A stretch of 64,000 nt of DNA from Laetmonice hystrix (lineage: Eukaryota). Under the pieces are notes generated by a model that saw only the letters and a list, made by a program, of their open reading frames with translations, was not told the origin of the DNA and searched no databases. Position 1 is the first letter of the stretch. Each line of letters begins with the position of its first letter. The stretch lies in assembly GCA_965235115.1 (NCBI GenBank), contig OZ249438.1, forward strand, positions 43,586,001-43,650,000. The letters are read 5' to 3'. Shown piece by piece: positions 12,580 to 25,178 of this stretch. A program made the position numbers and the translations under genes.

Positions 12580-13060
12580 GCCACATTCGGGAGGGAATTT
12601 CAAATTGACCAAAATTTTTACAGAATGCCGTGCGAATACTTAGAATGCGCTTCGAGCCCGCCTCGAATGATCCTTCCACATTCCGCGTGTATTAGCTCTC
12701 GAATGCAGCTCGAATGTAGTTGGAACACAGTAGGAATATTTAGAATGGGGTTAGAATGCAGTCAGAATATTTAGAATGCACCTCGAATGCCGTACGAGTG
12801 CGGTTCGATTGCTGCCCAAATACCGCCCGAAGTCTGGTTGGAAGGTGCCTCGAATTCTGTACGAATTCACCTCGAATGCGGTCAGAACGCTCCCGGAATG
12901 GTCGCCGAATATGGTTCGGACGTCCAAGAATTCAAACAGAATGCAGCTCGAATACCTAGAATGTACTTCGAATGTATTTAGAATGTAATACCAATGTCCC
13001 GAGTATAGATTCCGGCAGCAATCGAGATGCATTCGAGGGGCATTCCGGCTCATTCGAGGC
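12580..13060. repeat. Degenerate array of (tc/ta)GAATG motifs, probably a remnant of a transposon subterminal region
   Basis: About 20 irregularly spaced gaatg-like motifs on +, with inverted cattc copies at both ends; no TIR or TSD found. Confidence 0.5.
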
Positions 13061-13317
13061 GCATTTGGGACATCCTGGCAGGATTTGAAGTGGCTTGCCG
13101 TTTCGATTCTCCCAGACTATAGACGCTATACTCACGCCTGCCACTATAGACAATAGATTGCTGAGTCAGTGGATCTAATTATGGAGACGTAACGAATGGG
13201 ACACCAGTCAAACCAACATGGCTAGCAGTAGATACATGTACATGTATGGTTTAATCTCAACATTACGTAGTTTTTGTGAAGTGCCGCTCAACCGATAAAT
13301 AGACACGGGAAGAATTC

Positions 13318-14663
13318 GATACACGTCCATGGCCTGGGTCTATGAGATGAAACAGTAGATACACGTCCATGGCCCGAGTCTCAGAGATGAAACAGTAGAT
13401 ACACGTCCATGGCCCGAGTAGATACACGTCCATGGCCCGAGTAGATACACGTCCATGGCCTGGGTCTATGAGATGAAACAGTAGATACACGTCCATGGCC
13501 CGGGTCTCAGAGATGAAACAGTAGATACACGTTCATGGCCCGAGTCTCAGAGATGCAACAGTAGATACACGTCCATGGCCCGAGTAGATACACGTCCATG
13601 GCCCGAGTCTCAGAGATGAAACAGTAGATACACGTCCATGGCCCGAGTAGATACACGTCCATGACCAGAGTAGATACACGTCCATGGCCCGAGTAGATAC
13701 ACGTCCATGGCCCGAGTAGATACACGTCCATGGCCCGAGTCTCAGAGATGAAAGAGTAGATACACGTCCATGGCCCGAGTAGATACACGTCCATGGCCCG
13801 AGTAGATACACGTCCATGGCCCGAGTCTCAGAGATGACACAGTAGATACACGTCCATGGCCCGAGTCTCAGAAATGAAACAGTAGATACACGTCCATGGC
13901 CCGAGTAGATACACGTCCATGGCCCGAGTAGATACACGTCCATGGCCCGAGTCTCAGAGATGAAACAGTAGATACACGTCCATGGCCCGAGTAGATACAC
14001 GTCCATGGCCCGAGTAGATACACGTCCATGGCCCGAGTAGATACACGTCCATGGCCCGAGTAGATACACGTCCATGGCCCGAGTAGATACACGTCCATGG
14101 CCCGAGTAGATACACGTCCATGGCCCGAGTCTCAGAGATGAAACAGTAGATACACGTCCATGGCCCGAGTAGATACACGTCCATGGCCCGAGTAGATACA
14201 CGTCCATGGCCCGAGTAGATACACGTCCATGGCCCGAGTAGATACACGTCCATGGCCCGAGTCTCAGAGATGAAAGAGTAGATACACGTCCATGGCCCGA
14301 GTAGATACACGTCCATGGCCCGAGTCTCAGAGATGAAAGAGTAGATACACGTCCATGGCCCGAGTAGATACACGTCCATGGCCCGAGTAGATACACGTCC
14401 ATGGCCCGAGTCTCAGAGATGATACAGTAGATACACGTCCATGGCCCGAGTCTCAGAGATGAAAGAGTAGATACACGTCCATGGCCCGAGTAGATACACG
14501 TCCATGGCCCGAGTCTCAGAGATGAAAGAGTAGATACACGTCCATGGCCCGAGTAGATACACGTCCATGGCCCGAGTAGATACACGTCCATGGCCCGAGT
14601 CTCAGAGATGATACAGTAGATACACGTCCATGGCCCGAGTAGATACACGTCCATGGCCCGAGT
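13318..14663. repeat. 23/40-bp composite minisatellite
   Basis: Core gtagatacacgtccatggcccga with optional gtctcagagatgaaaca. Confidence 0.97.
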
Positions 14664-14980
14664 CGGAGGCACACATCAGAGCTGTTATTTATCATCCATC
14701 ATTTTGAGGTGATAGATTGTAGCCGACCCGAGCCAGGCGGCTCTAGTCGAGGATTGTCTGAGGATCATCAGTGTAGAACACAGATGTGGACACTTCTATT
14801 AGATTCATTCGCTGCCACTGAATGGAACCCATTCATGGAGGAAAATGTGGAATCAGGAGAGAATGAATATTAAATCAGTTTGGATTATCGTGAAATGCCC
14901 TTGAAGCGGGTGTCCAGAAAGTTGGCCTGTCGTACTGTTGAGGTTAACATATGGTGCCATTCAACAGGCAAGTGATATCT

Positions 14981-15205
14981 TCGGAGTGCGGCATTGAGTG
15001 CGGAGTGCGGTATTATCTTCAGAATGCGGTATTATCTTCAGAATGCGATATTATCTTCTGAGTACGGTGTTATCTTCGGAGTGCGGTATTACCTTGGGAG
15101 TGCGGTATTATCGTCGGAGTGCGGTATTATTGTCGGAGTGCGGTATTATCCTCGGAGTGCGGTATTATCCTCGGAGTGCGGTATTACCTTCGGAATGCGG
15201 TATTA
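14981..15205. repeat. Degenerate 19-bp repeat, ~11 copies
   Basis: Unit cggagtgcggtattatc(c/t)t. Confidence 0.9.
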
Positions 15206-15538
15206 ACTGCTCCCTGCGGTATTGTAGTGATCACGGCCACGCGTGCACTTCTAGACATCGGACTTTTTTTAGGGGGTGGGAAGGGGTTAAATGTTGGCTA
15301 ATTGTAATCGATACGGCCCACATTGAGCAGGTAATGGGTTTACTGGGGCTGTATTTGCACTGGTCCCAGGCTGAGTTTAGATGTATTCACAGCGGTATTT
15401 ACAGACTCACCGTCTGGCAGAGATGCTCAAATAGCCGGGGGCATTATTACACGAATACCGGAAATTACTCTACCACTGGCAGGCGTGGGAGAGAATCTAA
15501 GTCGAAGTAATAAGGGAAGATGGTGTGGCTAACTTTAA

Positions 15539-15878
15539 AGGTGCTATTCGTGAACAAAAATTCAATTTTTTTATTTTTAATTTTGTTGACGTTTATGTGA
15601 TCCCACCTATCATGGAAATAGATTCACAACAAAGGAAATCAAAATTTTTCATGGATAACGGCACAAATGGGGCTCTCTCAGAAGGCCTGTGGAGACCCTG
15701 ACAGGCCCCACCATAGGAAATGGCTCTATCTCGGTGCGCACCGAGATAGGTTTCAAATGCTGCACACAAACTAATAGAAGGTTTATCAGGCCAATGGTAT
15801 CGGTAGGAATTGTTTCTAGTACTATGTGCACAATGTATGATAGGAGAAATGCCATTCTGTGCGAGACGAATAGCACCT
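15539..15878. mobile_element. Kolobok-like non-autonomous DNA transposon, 340 bp
   Basis: Perfect 13-bp TIR aggtgctattcgt/acgaatagcacct with TTAA on both sides (15535-15538, 15879-15882). AG..CT ends with a TTAA TSD fit Kolobok rather than piggyBac. Confidence 0.88.
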
Positions 15879-16226
15879 TTAAGAAGATCTCGGACTGATT
15901 TTGTAAGGATCTTTTAAATGATCCTTTTATTGCCAGGGAGCGGTAATTGCACATTCATGAAGTGAGAGATTCAGTCAATTTGTTCAGTTCAATTTGTTAA
16001 AGCTGTGATGTTTTTTTTGCTATGAGTAGTGCGACAATAAATGTTGTCATTTAATAAGGTGATAGTCTTGGATTCGATGTAGCATCCCAAGTTTAACTGA
16101 CGGGGGGGGGGGGGGCGATGAAACAGTAGATACACGTCCATGGCCCGAGTCTGAGGCACATCATATCAGCGATGTAGTGTTATTTATCATTTATCGTTTG
16201 AGGTAATAGATTGTAGCCAACCCGAG

Positions 16227-16561
16227 CCATCCCTGTCCACATCACGTCATTGGCCAGCCACCCTGTCCACACCACGTCATGGGCCAGCCACCCTGTCCAC
16301 ACCACATCATGGACCAGCCATCCCTGTCCACACCACATCATGGGCCAGCCATCCCTGTCCACACCACATCATGGGCCAGCCATCCCTGTCCACACCACAT
16401 CATGGGCCAGCCATCCCTGTCCACACCACATCATAGGCCAGCCATCCCTGTCCATACCACATCATGGGCCAGCCATCCCTGTCCACACCACATCATGGGC
16501 CAGCCATCCCTGTCCACACCACATCATGGGCCAGCCATCCCTGTCCACACCACGTCATGGG
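16227..16561. repeat. 31-bp minisatellite, ~10 copies
   Basis: Unit gccatccctgtccacaccacatcatgggcca. Confidence 0.96.
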
Positions 16562-17008
16562 AGGGCCAGTGATGTGGTGTGTATCCGTACCGTATGGCTC
16601 CGATGCTCTGACTTGCTTCGTTCCAAGTGAGCACCACATGTTTGGACCGAGATGATGGTAAGAAGTCTGTGGATGTCTCTGGCCCATGATCTTAGCTGAG
16701 TGCTGAGCCATTAGCAATCTTCCTCCGCCTCCTCCTGCCCACTCCCCACCCCCACACCAGCGCCAGGCTGGTCTGTCCTACAAACACACGTTTCAAACCA
16801 TCTACAAATCGAATCTGATGTTCGCTCGTGAGGCAACATGAACACTCCAAGTCCACTGTCGGCGGGCGGCTGGCGGTGGTCGGGCTGTCGATCGCCAGGC
16901 CCAAGGTGTATGGTGTTAAAGGATTGGGAGGACTGGTGGGCAGCCAGGTGTAAACAAGGTTTGTCCATGGGGATGTCCTTGTGGATGCGGACCACCTACC
17001 TCCCATTA

Positions 17009-17662
17009 CATCTAGTTTTGTAAAGTGGGAGTTTACTAACTTGAGCCTGTTGTATTAACAGCTAGTCTTGTAAAGTAGGAGTTTCCTAACTTGAGCCTGT
17101 TGTATTAACATCTAGTTTTGTAAAGTGGGATTTTCCTAACTTGAGCCTGTTGTATTAACATCTAGTTTTGTAAAGTGGGAGTTTACTAACTTGAGCCTGT
17201 TGTATTAACATCTAGTCTTGTAAAGTAGGAGTTTCCTAACGTGAGCCTGTTGTATTAACATCTAGTTTTGTAAAGTGGGAGTTTACTAACTTAAGCCTGT
17301 TGTATTAACATCTAGTCTTGTAAAGTAGGAGTTTCCTAAGTTGAGCCTGTTGTATTAACATCTAGTCTTGTACAGTAGGGGTTTCCTAACTTGAGCCTGT
17401 TGTATTAACATCTAGTTTTGTAAAGTGGGAGTTTACTAACTTAAGCCTGTTGTATTAACATCTAGTCTTGTAAAGTAGGAGTTTCCTAACTTGAGCCTGT
17501 TGTATTAACATCAAGTCTTGTAAAGTAGGATTTTCCTAACTTGAGCCTGTTGTATTAACATCTAGTCTTGTAAAGTAGGAGTTTCCTAACTTGAGCATGT
17601 TGTATTAACATCTAGTTTTGTAAAGTAGGAGTTTTGTAACTTGAGCCTGTTCTATTAACAGC
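17009..17662. repeat. 50-bp minisatellite, ~13 copies
   Basis: Unit catctagt(t/c)ttgtaaagt(g/a)ggagttt(a/c)ctaacttgagcctgttgtattaa. Confidence 0.96.
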
Positions 17663-18055
17663 TTCCAACAAGTAAATTATTGGGAGATTCCCTATCCCTA
17701 TAGGACATTCTATAGTCCTAATTTCACCACGGAACTCCCGAAATCTTCAAGTGGTATTAGTGTTTTCTCAATTAGGAATTAATAGGGTACGATTGTGTCT
17801 TATACTCGGGGTGGATCCCGGATTTTGCAGTGGGGGGGGGGGGGGGGGGGGGCGGCGATACGGCAGCGATATGAATTGGGACAATAATTTGTTACGGAAC
17901 GGTTGTGGCCTCTAGTTAAACCAAACTTGATGTTGTAGTCGTTGTGAGTCGCGTGATGTAGTTGTCAGGACAACCGCCCACAGAGATTGACCCAATTGGT
18001 GGGAGCAGTGAGGTTAGATTGGAGAGAGGAAATGCCTCGTTCTCATTCGTATAGA

Positions 18056-18086
18056 CCGGAAGCCCGTGGTCACGTGACATCACGTG
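18056..18086. promoter_or_regulatory. Promoter/enhancer-like cluster: ETS ccggaag, gtcacgtgac (USF/TFE-type E-box), second cacgtg
   Basis: Three motifs within 31 bp; motif match only. Confidence 0.4.
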
Positions 18087-18599
18087 GACAGTCATATGCT
18101 TACTTCTCGCTAATTGAAATCCATCTCAGAAAATCTACCTTTACGTGGAAAAGCAGAACGAACGGAGTTTGATTGCAGTTTTGCTGCAAATTGAGAACCA
18201 CGGGGGTGGTAAAAACTGAAGCGAGGCTCAGAAAATCAGTTTAAATGCCGTGAATTTTGCCGTTACTGTGCTAGTAATGATTCTGATGTCTTAATTACCA
18301 GAACAGGTCTCAGTTACCACGAGAAATCGATCTAGATTGGTTTGCGTGAATATGAACCGTCCTGTCAAGTAATTCATAATGAAGCTGACTGAAACAACTG
18401 AATATTTGAATAAGGCGGCGTCCTTGCAACAACAAAAAACATTCCCCGCTATAAAATCTAAAACTACCGAGTCAGAACTTGAATCAATACACTTCTTTGC
18501 CTGGATCTTAACCTCATCAATTTTCAAACTGATTGCTTTGCAAATCTGTTTCATTTTGCAGCTGTCTTCTATTTCTTTGAGTCGGTTACTCGTGAAAGA

Positions 18600-18962
18600 A
18601 GATAATGAATACGGTAACAGTTCAAATATAGATTTGCACCGGTTACACAGGGATAATGAATACGGTAACAGTTCAAATATAGATTTGCTCCGGTTAGACA
18701 GGGATAATGAATACGGTAACAGTTCAAATATAGATTTGCACTGGTTAGACAGGGATAATGAATACGGTAACAGTTCAAATATAGATTTGCACCGGTTAGA
18801 CAGGGATAATGAATACGGTAACAGTTCAAATATAGATTTGCACCGGTTAGACAGGGATAATGAATACGGTAACAGTTCAAATATAGATTTGCACCGGTTA
18901 GACAGGGATAATGAATACGGTAACAGTTCAAATATAGATTTGCACCGGTTAGACAGGGATAA
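18600..18962. repeat. 54-bp minisatellite, ~6.7 copies
   Basis: Unit gataatgaatacggtaacagttcaaatatagatttgcaccggttagacagg plus flanking bases; period 54. Confidence 0.96.
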
Positions 18963-19707
18963 GTTGCAGTTTCTTCGAGAACTTTCTTCCATTCAGTGTG
19001 GATCTCAATGACATGATTTGGAAGTCTGAAATTAAAGCCAATGGTAAATTTAACTTTAATTTCGCTTTCTGTGTGGGAGATGTCTTCTCACGATGCCACC
19101 CCGACCTCTTGCTGATTTCAATTGGAACGTTACACGTTTTGAAGATTCATTGTTGCCATGGCTACGTGACTGGTCTGATCCCCCGGTGTTTATTTCTATC
19201 AAAGGATCCAGACAGACTGATGAAAGGGCACGACCTTGATTTACATGTCACCCCTGGTCAAACAGATAACGATAACAGCAAGATGTGGAGGGAACAATCT
19301 GCAGACTTTCTCTGGATAATTTCTGCAACATCCCTTGTAGATATCGGTCGGATATTTTCTTAAAACACAGTCCAATCAATTCTTAAAAGGAAGAAGCGAA
19401 TCTAGTTTTGTCCTGGAGGAGATTTGGCTGTCAATAGCCACTGGCATATCTTGATGTTGGGTCAAAGGTTACTCCAGATAGCGTCCAATCGGAACTTAAG
19501 TCATCTAAAGCCGAGAGGTGGTTGTGGGCGATAAGGGGGCGCCTGGGTGAGTAGTAAATAAGGTGTTAAAACGTGAGACCGAGCGTCGGGTAAAGAAACC
19601 CCATCTGATGGACACACGCCCTAGATCTGGCCATAGGCCGACGCTTACAGACCGGGATTACGTGACGCTTGTAGTCTACACCAGTCTACGCCACAATAAG
19701 TTGGACA

Positions 19708-20521
19708 TTTGGTGGCGTTTGTAGCCATTTGAAGCTGCACCGCAATAAAGTTAGGATTTGGTGGCGCTTGTAGCCACTTCAAGCTACACCACAATAAAGC
19801 CAGGCTTTGGTGGCGCTTGTAGCCACTTCAAGCTACACCACAATGAAGTCAGGGTTTGGGGGCGCTTGTAGCCACTTCAAGCTACACCACATAAAGTTAG
19901 GATTTGGGGGCGCTTGTAGCCACTTCAAGCTACACCACAATAAAGTCAGGATTTGGTGGCGCTTGTAGCCACTTCAAGCTACACCACAATAAAGTCAGGG
20001 TTTGGTGGCGTTTGTAGCCACTTTAAGCTACACCACAATAAAGTCAGGGTTTGGGGGCGCTTGTAGCCACTTCAAGCTATACCACAATAAAGCCAGGGTT
20101 TGGTGGCGTTTGTAGCCACTTCAAGCTACACCACAGTAAAGTCAGGATTTGGTGGCGCTTGTAGCCACTTCTAGCTACACCACAGTAAAGTCAGGGTTTG
20201 GTGGCGCTTGTAGCCACTTCAAGTTACACCACAGTAAAGTCAGGGTTTGGTGGCGCTTGTAGCCACTTTAAGCTACACCACAATAAAGTCAGGGTTTGGG
20301 GGCGCTTGTAGCCACTTCAAGCTATACCACAATAAAGCCAGGGTTTGGTGGCGTTTGTAGCCACTTCAAGCTACACCACAGTAAAGTCAGGGTTTGGTGG
20401 CGCTTGTAGCCACTTCAAGTTACACCACAGTAAAGTCAGGGTTTGGTGGCGCTTGTAGCCACTTCAAGTTACACCACAGTAAAGTCAGGGTTTGGTGGCG
20501 CTTGTAGCCACTTCTAGCTAC
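19708..20521. repeat. 49-bp minisatellite, ~16 copies
   Basis: Unit tttggtggcgcttgtagccacttcaagctacaccacaataaagtcaggg. Confidence 0.96.
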
Positions 20522-20775
20522 GCCGCCCCCCCCCCCCCCCCCCCGGTGAAGGCATTCCCGCCTCAGAAATATTTTACACCATTATCAATCCCAAGCAAGG
20601 CGGTAGGATGGCGAGAAAAGGCGAGAAATTAGAGTTTGAAATTTCTTCAGGGATTAGTCGTGGCATGAAGAGCCCGCTTTGATCATATTTGGTTTTATAG
20701 ATAATAAGGCTTGCTTTCCCGAGGCTGGAAGATCTGCTCATGTATGCACCATTAAGTGTGCAACACGCCGTGTGG

Positions 20776-21006
20776 CCTTCTGGGAGTAGTAACTGGGACT
20801 AGAATCTACAAGATCTGAGCTACGTGTCGGTACCTTCTGGGAGTAGTATAACTGGGACCAGAATCTACAAGATCTGAGCTACGTGTCGGTACCTTCTGGG
20901 AGTAGTATAACTGGGACCAGAATCTACAAGATCTGAGCTACGTGTCGGTACCTTCTGGGAGTAGTATAACTGGGACCAGAATCTACAAGATCTGAGCTAC
21001 GTGTCG
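20776..21006. repeat. 59-bp minisatellite, ~4 copies
   Basis: Unit ccttctgggagtagtataactgggaccagaatctacaagatctgagctacgtgtcggta. Confidence 0.94.
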
Positions 21007-21136
21007 CCACCGTTTGTTAGCTCGTCGTGTCGTTAACACCAGTGTGTTTTCAATGGGGTGTTTAACGTTCGGTGAGAATGGAACACACCCTGATCAAGGT
21101 TTGAGTGATACCAACGTGGATTACTAGGGGTGTTTA

Positions 21137-21333
21137 TGTGCCGGTCCAGTGGGTAGACCGTCAACCCGATGTGCCGGTCCAGTGGGTAGACCGTCAACCC
21201 GATGTGCCGGTCCAGTGGGTAGACCGTCAACCCGATGTGCCGGTCCAGTGGGTAGACCGTCAACCCGATGTGCCGGTCCAGTGGGTAGACCGTCAACCCG
21301 ATGTGCCGGTCCAGTGGGTAGACCGTCAACCCG
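21137..21333. repeat. 33-bp minisatellite, 6 copies
   Basis: Unit gtgccggtccagtgggtagaccgtcaacccgat. Confidence 0.96.
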
Positions 21334-21816
21334 ACACGCTCATCTCTCCCACTTTACGGACAACCTTACGGACATTCAAACTTAGAAAAATAATGTTGCC
21401 ATCAGGAACGAATCCCTAGTATTGGAATGGGGATGTGAGGTCCAAGGGGGAGGCTGGAGGTCCAGCAGTGTTAGATTAAGAAATAGCTCTCCCTGTGCCT
21501 GTTTTCCACGAAACTCCAGTCGTGAATATCATATCGTCCTTTAACTTCGTGCGAGAAGACATGTTTTAACATTACGTGACTTTCAAATCTTTCAAATGGT
21601 GGCTGAATTGAATTTGCTGGAGAGACAGAAGTTGCAGACAAGGATATTGCCATTGATTATGCCTGCGGTATTAATCGCAGCTCGCTATAAATGGACACTA
21701 ATGCCCACAGGTAAGGGAGGGGCCTTACCACCCGCCTCAAACGGTGATTACATATTGAGACTGAAAATCGATGCTACATTATATTCTTTTACTGCAGCCG
21801 TCCATACTATCCTTAT

Positions 21817-24800
21817 ACAGATCAGTGCATTCAGGACCTTACATTGATGGCGTACTTATAGTGATATCTTTGACACAGATCAGTGCATTCAGGACCTTAC
21901 ATTGATGGCGTACTTATAGTGATATCTCTTACACAGATCAGTCCATTCAGGACCTTACATTGATGGCCTACTTATAGTGATATCTCTTACACAGATCAGT
22001 GCATTCAGGACCTTACATTGATGGCGTACTTATAGTGATATCTCTTACACAGATCAGTACATTCAGGACCTTACATTGATGGCGTACTTATAGTGATATC
22101 TCTTACACAGATCAGTGTTCAGGACCTTACATTGATGGCGTACTTATAGTGATATCTTTGACACAGATCAGTGTTCAGGACCTTACATTGATGGCGTACT
22201 TATAGTGATATCTCTTACACAGATCAGTACATTCAGGACCTTACATTGATGGCGTACTTATAGTGATATCTCTTACACAGATCAGTACATTCAGGACCTT
22301 ATATTGATGGCGTACTTATAGTGATATCTCTTACACAGATCAGTGTTCAGGACCTTACATTGATGGCGTACTTATAGTGATATCTCTTACACAGATCAGT
22401 ACATTCAGGACCTTATATTGATGGCGTACTTATAGTGATATCTCTTACACAGATCAGTGTTCAGGACCTTACATTGATGGCGTACTTATAGTGATATCTC
22501 TTACACAGATCAGTACATTCAGGACCTTACATTGATGGCGTACTTATAGTGATATCTCTTACACAGATCAGTGTTCAGGACCTTACATTGATGGCGTACT
22601 TATAGTGATATCTCTTACACAGATCAGTGTTCAGGACCTTACATTGATGGCGTACTTATAGTGATATCTCTTACACAGATCAGTGCATTCAGGACCTTAC
22701 ATTGATGGCGTACTTATAGTGATATCTCTTACACAGATCAATGTATTCAGGACCTTACATTGATGGCGTACTTATAGTGATATCTCTTACACAGATCAGT
22801 GTTCAGGACCTTACATTGATGGCGTACTTATAGTGATATCTCTTACACAGATCAATGTATTCAGGACCTTACATTGATGGCGTACTTATAGTGATATCTC
22901 TTACACAGATCAGTGCATTCAGGACCTTACATTGATGGCGTACTTATAGTGATATCTCTTACACAGATCAGTACATTCAGGACCTTACATTGATGGCGTA
23001 CTTATAGTGATATCTCTTACACAGATCAGTCTATTCAGGACCTTACATTGATGGCGTACTTATGGTGATATCTCTTACACAGATCAGTGTTCAGGACCTT
23101 ACATTGATGGCGTACTTATAGTGATATCTCTTACACAGATCAGTGTTCAGGACCTTACATTGATGGCGTACTTATAGTGATATCTCTTACACAGATCAGT
23201 ACATTCAGGACCTTACATTGATGACGTACTTATAGTGATATCTCTTACACAGATCAGTGTTCAGGACCTTACATTGATGGCGTACTTATAGTGATATCTC
23301 TTACACAGATCAGTACATTCAGGACCTTACATTGATGGCGTACTTATAGTGATATCTCTTACACAGATCAATGTATTCAGGACCTTACATTGATGGCGTA
23401 CTTATAGTGATATCTCTTACACAGATCAGTGCATTCAGGACCTTACATTGATGGCGTACTTATAGTGATATCTCTTACACAGATCAGTGTTCAGGACCTT
23501 ACATTGATGGCGTACTTATAGTGATATCTCTTACACAGATCAGTGCATTCAGGACCTTACATTGATGGCGTACTTATAGTGATATCTCTTACACAGATCA
23601 ATGTATTCAGGACCTTACATTGATGGCGTACTTATAGTGATATCTCTTACACAGATCAATGTATTCAGGACCTTACATTGATGGCGTACTTATAGTGATA
23701 TCTCTTACACAGATCAGTGTTCAGGACCTTACATTGATGGCGTACTTATAGTGATATCTCTTACACAGATCAGTGCATTCAGGACCTTACATTGATGGCG
23801 TACTTATAGTGATATCTCTTACACAGATCAATGTATTCAGGACCTTACATTGATGGCGTACTTATAGTGATATCTCTTACACAGATCAGTGCATTCAGGA
23901 CCTTACATTGATGGCGTACTTATAGTGATATCTCTTACACAGATCAGTACATTCAGGACCTTACATTGATGGCGTACTTATAGTGATATCTCTTACACAG
24001 ATCAGTCTATTCAGGACCTTACATTGATGGCGTACTTATGGTGATATCTCTTACACAGATCAGTGTTCAGGACCTTACATTGATGGCGTACTTATAGTGA
24101 TATCTCTTACACAGATCAGTGTTCAGGACCTTACATTGATGGCGTACTTATAGTGATATCTCTTACACAGATCAGTACATTCAGGACCTTACATTGATGA
24201 CGTACTTATAGTGATATCTCTTACACAGATCAGTGTTCAGGACCTTACATTGATGGCGTACTTATAGTGATATCTCTTACACAGATCAGTACATTCAGGA
24301 CCTTACATTGATGGCGTACTTATAGTGATATCTCTTACACAGATCAGTGTTCAGGACCTTACATTGATGGCGTACTTATAGTGATATCTCTTACACAGAT
24401 CAGTGTTCAGGACCTTACATTGATGGCGTACCTATAGTGATATCTCTTACACAGATCAGTGCATTCAGGACCTTACATTGATGGCGTACTTATAGTGATA
24501 TCTCTTACACAGATCAGTGTTCAGGACCTTACATTGATGGCGTACTTATAGTGATATCTCTTACACAGATCAGTGTTCAGGACCTTACATTGATGGCGTA
24601 CTTATAGTGATATCTCGTACACAGATCAGTGTATTCAGGACCTTACATTGATGGCGTACTTATAGTGATATCTCTTACACAGATCAGTACATTCAGGACC
24701 TTACATTGATGGCGTACTTATAGTGATATCTCTTACACAGATCAGTACATTCAGGACCTTACATTGATGGCGTACTTATAGTGATATCTCTTACACAGAT

Positions 24801-25178
24801 CAGTGTTCAGGACCTTACATTGATGGCGTACTTATAGTGATATCTCTTACACAGATCAGTGTTCAGGACCTTACATTGATGGCGTACTTATAGTGATATC
24901 TCTTACACAGATCAGTGTTCAGGACCTTACATTGATGGCGTACTTATAGTGATATCTCTTACACAGATCAGTGTTCAGGACCTTACATTGATGGCGTACT
25001 TATAGTGATATCTCTTACACAGATCAGTACATTCAGGACCTTACATTGATGGCGTACTTATAGTGATATCTCTTACACAGATCAGTACATTCAGGACCTT
25101 ACATTGATGGCGTACTTATAGTGATATCTCTTACACAGATCAGTGTATTCAGGACCTTACATTGATGGCGTACTTATG
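21817..25178. repeat. 56/58-bp minisatellite, ~58 copies
   Basis: Unit cagatca[gtg/gtaca/gtgca/atgta]ttcaggaccttacattgatggcgtacttatagtgatatctcttaca. Confidence 0.98.

Noticed and set aside
13263-14672. 379-aa and overlapping ORFs
   Set aside because: The 23/40-bp units are not multiples of 3, and the peptides cycle through frames.
16628-16657. 30-nt segment with AG/GT boundaries (ccaag ... ATG|gtaaga)
   Set aside because: Too short to distinguish from chance without transcript data.
21596-21710. Open frame ending at a strong donor CAG|gtaagg
   Set aside because: No convincing acceptor, partner exon or homology.
21817-25178. CRISPR-like appearance of this and other regular arrays
   Set aside because: Units are contiguous, with no unique spacers; there are no cas genes, and the context is spliceosomal and eukaryotic.
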